Below, piece after piece: positions 40,445 to 42,329 of a stretch of DNA of 42,329 nt; within the stretch, counting starts at the first letter, position 1; each line of letters begins with the position of its first letter. The stretch is from Trichomonas gallinae (taxonomy: Eukaryota), in contig MRSU01010877.1 of assembly GCA_008369845.1 (NCBI GenBank), forward strand, positions 1-42,329, written 5' to 3'. The notes beneath the pieces are model-generated. The model had not been told where the DNA came from and searched no databases. It saw only the letters and a program-made list of their open reading frames with translations. Position numbers and translations under genes: made by a program.

Positions 40445-40469
40445 TATTATATTATTAAAAATTTATAAT

Positions 40470-41468
40470 TTACTGAACAAAATCGTAAAAGAGCAGATAG
40501 CTCGATGTGAATGACATGCCTGGCACTTTGCCTCGTGCGAAGTATTCTTCGACTTCGATGTCGGACATCATGATGAGGTTGGAGTCATTGGCGAGGACCC
40601 AGTGATCCTCCACGCGAAGGAGAGTGACAAAATGCCCCGACTCGAGGTTCTCTCCGATGTGGACAATGACGGAAGAGAGGGAATACTGCCGGTTTTGGAA
40701 GAGGAGAGCGCTCGGAAACGGGACGATGTTTTTCAGCTTTTTTAGCTGTTGGTTGACTTTGTCGTACTCAAAGCGCTGTATTTGGAAGACGAGAACATTG
40801 GGGAGATTTGGAAAAGTGGTTAATACACGTTTTTCTTGTGAAATTTTGCAAATTGCGCATTCGCGCTTTCCAGTGCCAGAAAGAAATTCAGGCAATTGCA
40901 AAGCTCTGAGTCTATCTGTTAAACTTGTTTTGTTTTTGAGGCCTAAGAAAAATGAAACAAATTCTTCTGAAGATTCGCTTTCTGAGCCGCAGCACAGACA
41001 CTGAGAACAGGATATACTCTTTGATTGAAAAAGAGAAGTGAATAAAGGCAAATTCTGGTGATACTTTTCGTTGATCTGATTAATCGTGTTGTCAAAATTA
41101 TCTAATAAAGCTACATATAGCTCATGTGCATCAGACTGTTTCCCTCTTGTGAATCCAATTGCAGATGTGATAAGTTTCTCATGGAAAAGCTTCGGGGAAA
41201 TAACATGAATCTGTTCTTTTTGACTTTTCCTCATTCTATATATGCACAATAGGTTATTGAGCAGGGAGGACTTGATTTCTTCAGTCAAATTTAGGGGTCT
41301 CACTGTCTCGTTTAACTTTTCGAAATATTCTACGCAATATTTCGAGTTCAAGATCGATTGGAGTACGCTATTCATGTAGCAGCTGTTGCCAAGGTTGTTA
41401 AATCCGACGAATTTTATAGTTTGTGGGAAGATCCCTTCAAAAGGAATTACAGAGGACTGGCTTCCCAT
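40470..41468 (-). CDS. Ubiquitin-specific protease (peptidase C19), likely N-myristoylated
   Basis: GFNNLGNSCYMNSVLQ, QSDAHE, VHIG...SGHF, ANDS; N-terminus MGSQSS. Confidence 0.93.
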   Translation of the reverse strand: MGSQSSVIPFEGIFPQTIKFVGFNNLGNSCYMNSVLQSILNSKYCVEYFEKLNETVRPLNLTEEIKSSLLNNLLCIYRMRKSQKEQIHVISPKLFHEKLITSAIGFTRGKQSDAHELYVALLDNFDNTINQINEKYHQNLPLFTSLFQSKSISCSQCLCCGSESESSEEFVSFFLGLKNKTSLTDRLRALQLPEFLSGTGKRECAICKISQEKRVLTTFPNLPNVLVFQIQRFEYDKVNQQLKKLKNIVPFPSALLFQNRQYSLSSVIVHIGENLESGHFVTLLRVEDHWVLANDSNLIMMSDIEVEEYFARGKVPGMSFTSSYLLFYDFVQ

Positions 41469-41588
41469 TGAAGAAATGATTTCATTTTTTCGTAAAAAAG
41501 CATAAGATGTGTTAATAATAACTTTTTAGAGTCAATAGATAAATAATAAACATGGTATTAAGGTATATAAATAAATATAATCAGGAAA

Positions 41589-42299
41589 TTAAACAGTGAT
41601 GTTGAGAGCCTTCTGTGAGGCTCGTTCAATATTGAGAATATTCTTGTTATTCTTCTTCTCGATGATAATTTTCGGCTTCGTTTGAGCTTGCTCGACATTG
41701 GTCTTTCGCTCGTAAGTTCCGCTGGACCGCCTCTGTTTGCCGCGAGGGTTTCTGACGTATGTGTAATTAGCCGTCGCGGTCAATTGGGACCCCTCGAATC
41801 TTAAGTAAGGCAGTGATCTCCAGAAGGAAATGGCATCTGTATCTTTGGTGAATGTAATAAGGAGAGCATCTCCTTTGTGTTGGATTTTGAAGTCATTATT
41901 TCCTGTGGCAGTAGCAACAAATGGCTTGAATCCCTCGGGCTTTGGTTTATTGAGGAAGCCTGAGACTACAAGCTCCTTTGGGGACATTTTGAGGTTTAAT
42001 TTTAATGCGGGCTGCGGATATTTTACTAATAACTGCGATAACTCGCTGTCATTGGCACATGTATTGAATACGTCGTCGTATGATGGTTTCATCTGGAGAA
42101 TTGGTCGCAGATTGATTAAATCGTCCAATTGGAGAACGTTCTGGTTTCTTGTTGCAAGGACAGCCTCCGGGTGCTTACAGATCTCAGCCGGAGAGATGAG
42201 CGTCCTGATAGCTTGGGCAAGTTGTCGTCGTCTATCGCTGGCCGTCCTCATTAAGGGGGTAGGTTTGAATGGTTTACAAAATTTGAAAAAGTGCTTCAT
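41589..42299 (-). CDS. Divergent La-module protein (La-motif-like plus LARP4-type RRM)
   Basis: LLITFTKDTDAISFWRSL...FEGSQLTA resembles the LARP4 RRM; preceded by a La-motif-like hydrophobic pattern; in-frame TGA four codons upstream of the ATG. Confidence 0.6.
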   Translation of the reverse strand: MKHFFKFCKPFKPTPLMRTASDRRRQLAQAIRTLISPAEICKHPEAVLATRNQNVLQLDDLINLRPILQMKPSYDDVFNTCANDSELSQLLVKYPQPALKLNLKMSPKELVVSGFLNKPKPEGFKPFVATATGNNDFKIQHKGDALLITFTKDTDAISFWRSLPYLRFEGSQLTATANYTYVRNPRGKQRRSSGTYERKTNVEQAQTKPKIIIEKKNNKNILNIERASQKALNITV

Positions 42300-42329
42300 A
42301 TCAGCCAGTCAGAGCGACGCCCGTGGGGA

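Larger units (their letters stand above)
10008..40472. terminator. Dispersed TAA stops fused to the TAAA polyadenylation signal
   Basis: The stop TAA is directly followed by A in genes ending at 10010, 14071, 17764, 20070, 23080, 23127, 26159, 32379, 36809 and 40470, as described for T. vaginalis. Confidence 0.75.

Noticed and set aside
2421..41004. Numerous short antisense or alternate-frame ORFs inside large genes
   Set aside because: Shadow ORFs caused by codon bias and low-complexity sequence; many start at non-ATG codons and show no motifs.
1..42329. Spliceosomal introns, tRNA/rRNA genes, and intact transposons (Maverick, mariner)
   Set aside because: By eye there is no trichomonad branch/3' motif (ACTAACACACAG), cloverleaf, rRNA-like segment, transposase, integrase or long terminal repeat. 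Very short introns cannot be fully excluded.

Overview
This is gene-dense, AT-rich, apparently intron-free eukaryotic nuclear DNA in the standard code. Its features point to a trichomonad (Trichomonas-like parabasalid): TCAY initiators, AAAAGTGAC/GTCACTTTT elements next to ATGs, TAA stops fused to the TAAA poly(A) signal, a 7TM-RGS protein and ankyrin relics. It holds about 25 genes. Those recognised from motifs are Ctf4/And-1, a Ras GTPase, Vps33, 7TM-RGS, RING-H2, Got1, a PTC7-type PP2C, a degenerate UGGT-like protein, RasGAP-VPS9, a GT8 glycosyltransferase, a SHIPPO-repeat protein, AP-1 gamma adaptin and a USP, plus two decayed ankyrin pseudogenes. The best leads are: (1) three consecutive genes resembling the basal-body proteins CPLANE1, FOR20 and C2CD3; (2) an AACGTA/TACGTT promoter element 7-8 nt before five ATGs; (3) a Tudor-knot-Leo1 fusion; (4) a 67-nt intergenic stem-loop; (5) a degenerate LARP4-like La module; (6) a 7-copy promoter motif array. 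All homology calls come from by-eye comparison with recalled motifs, not database searches.
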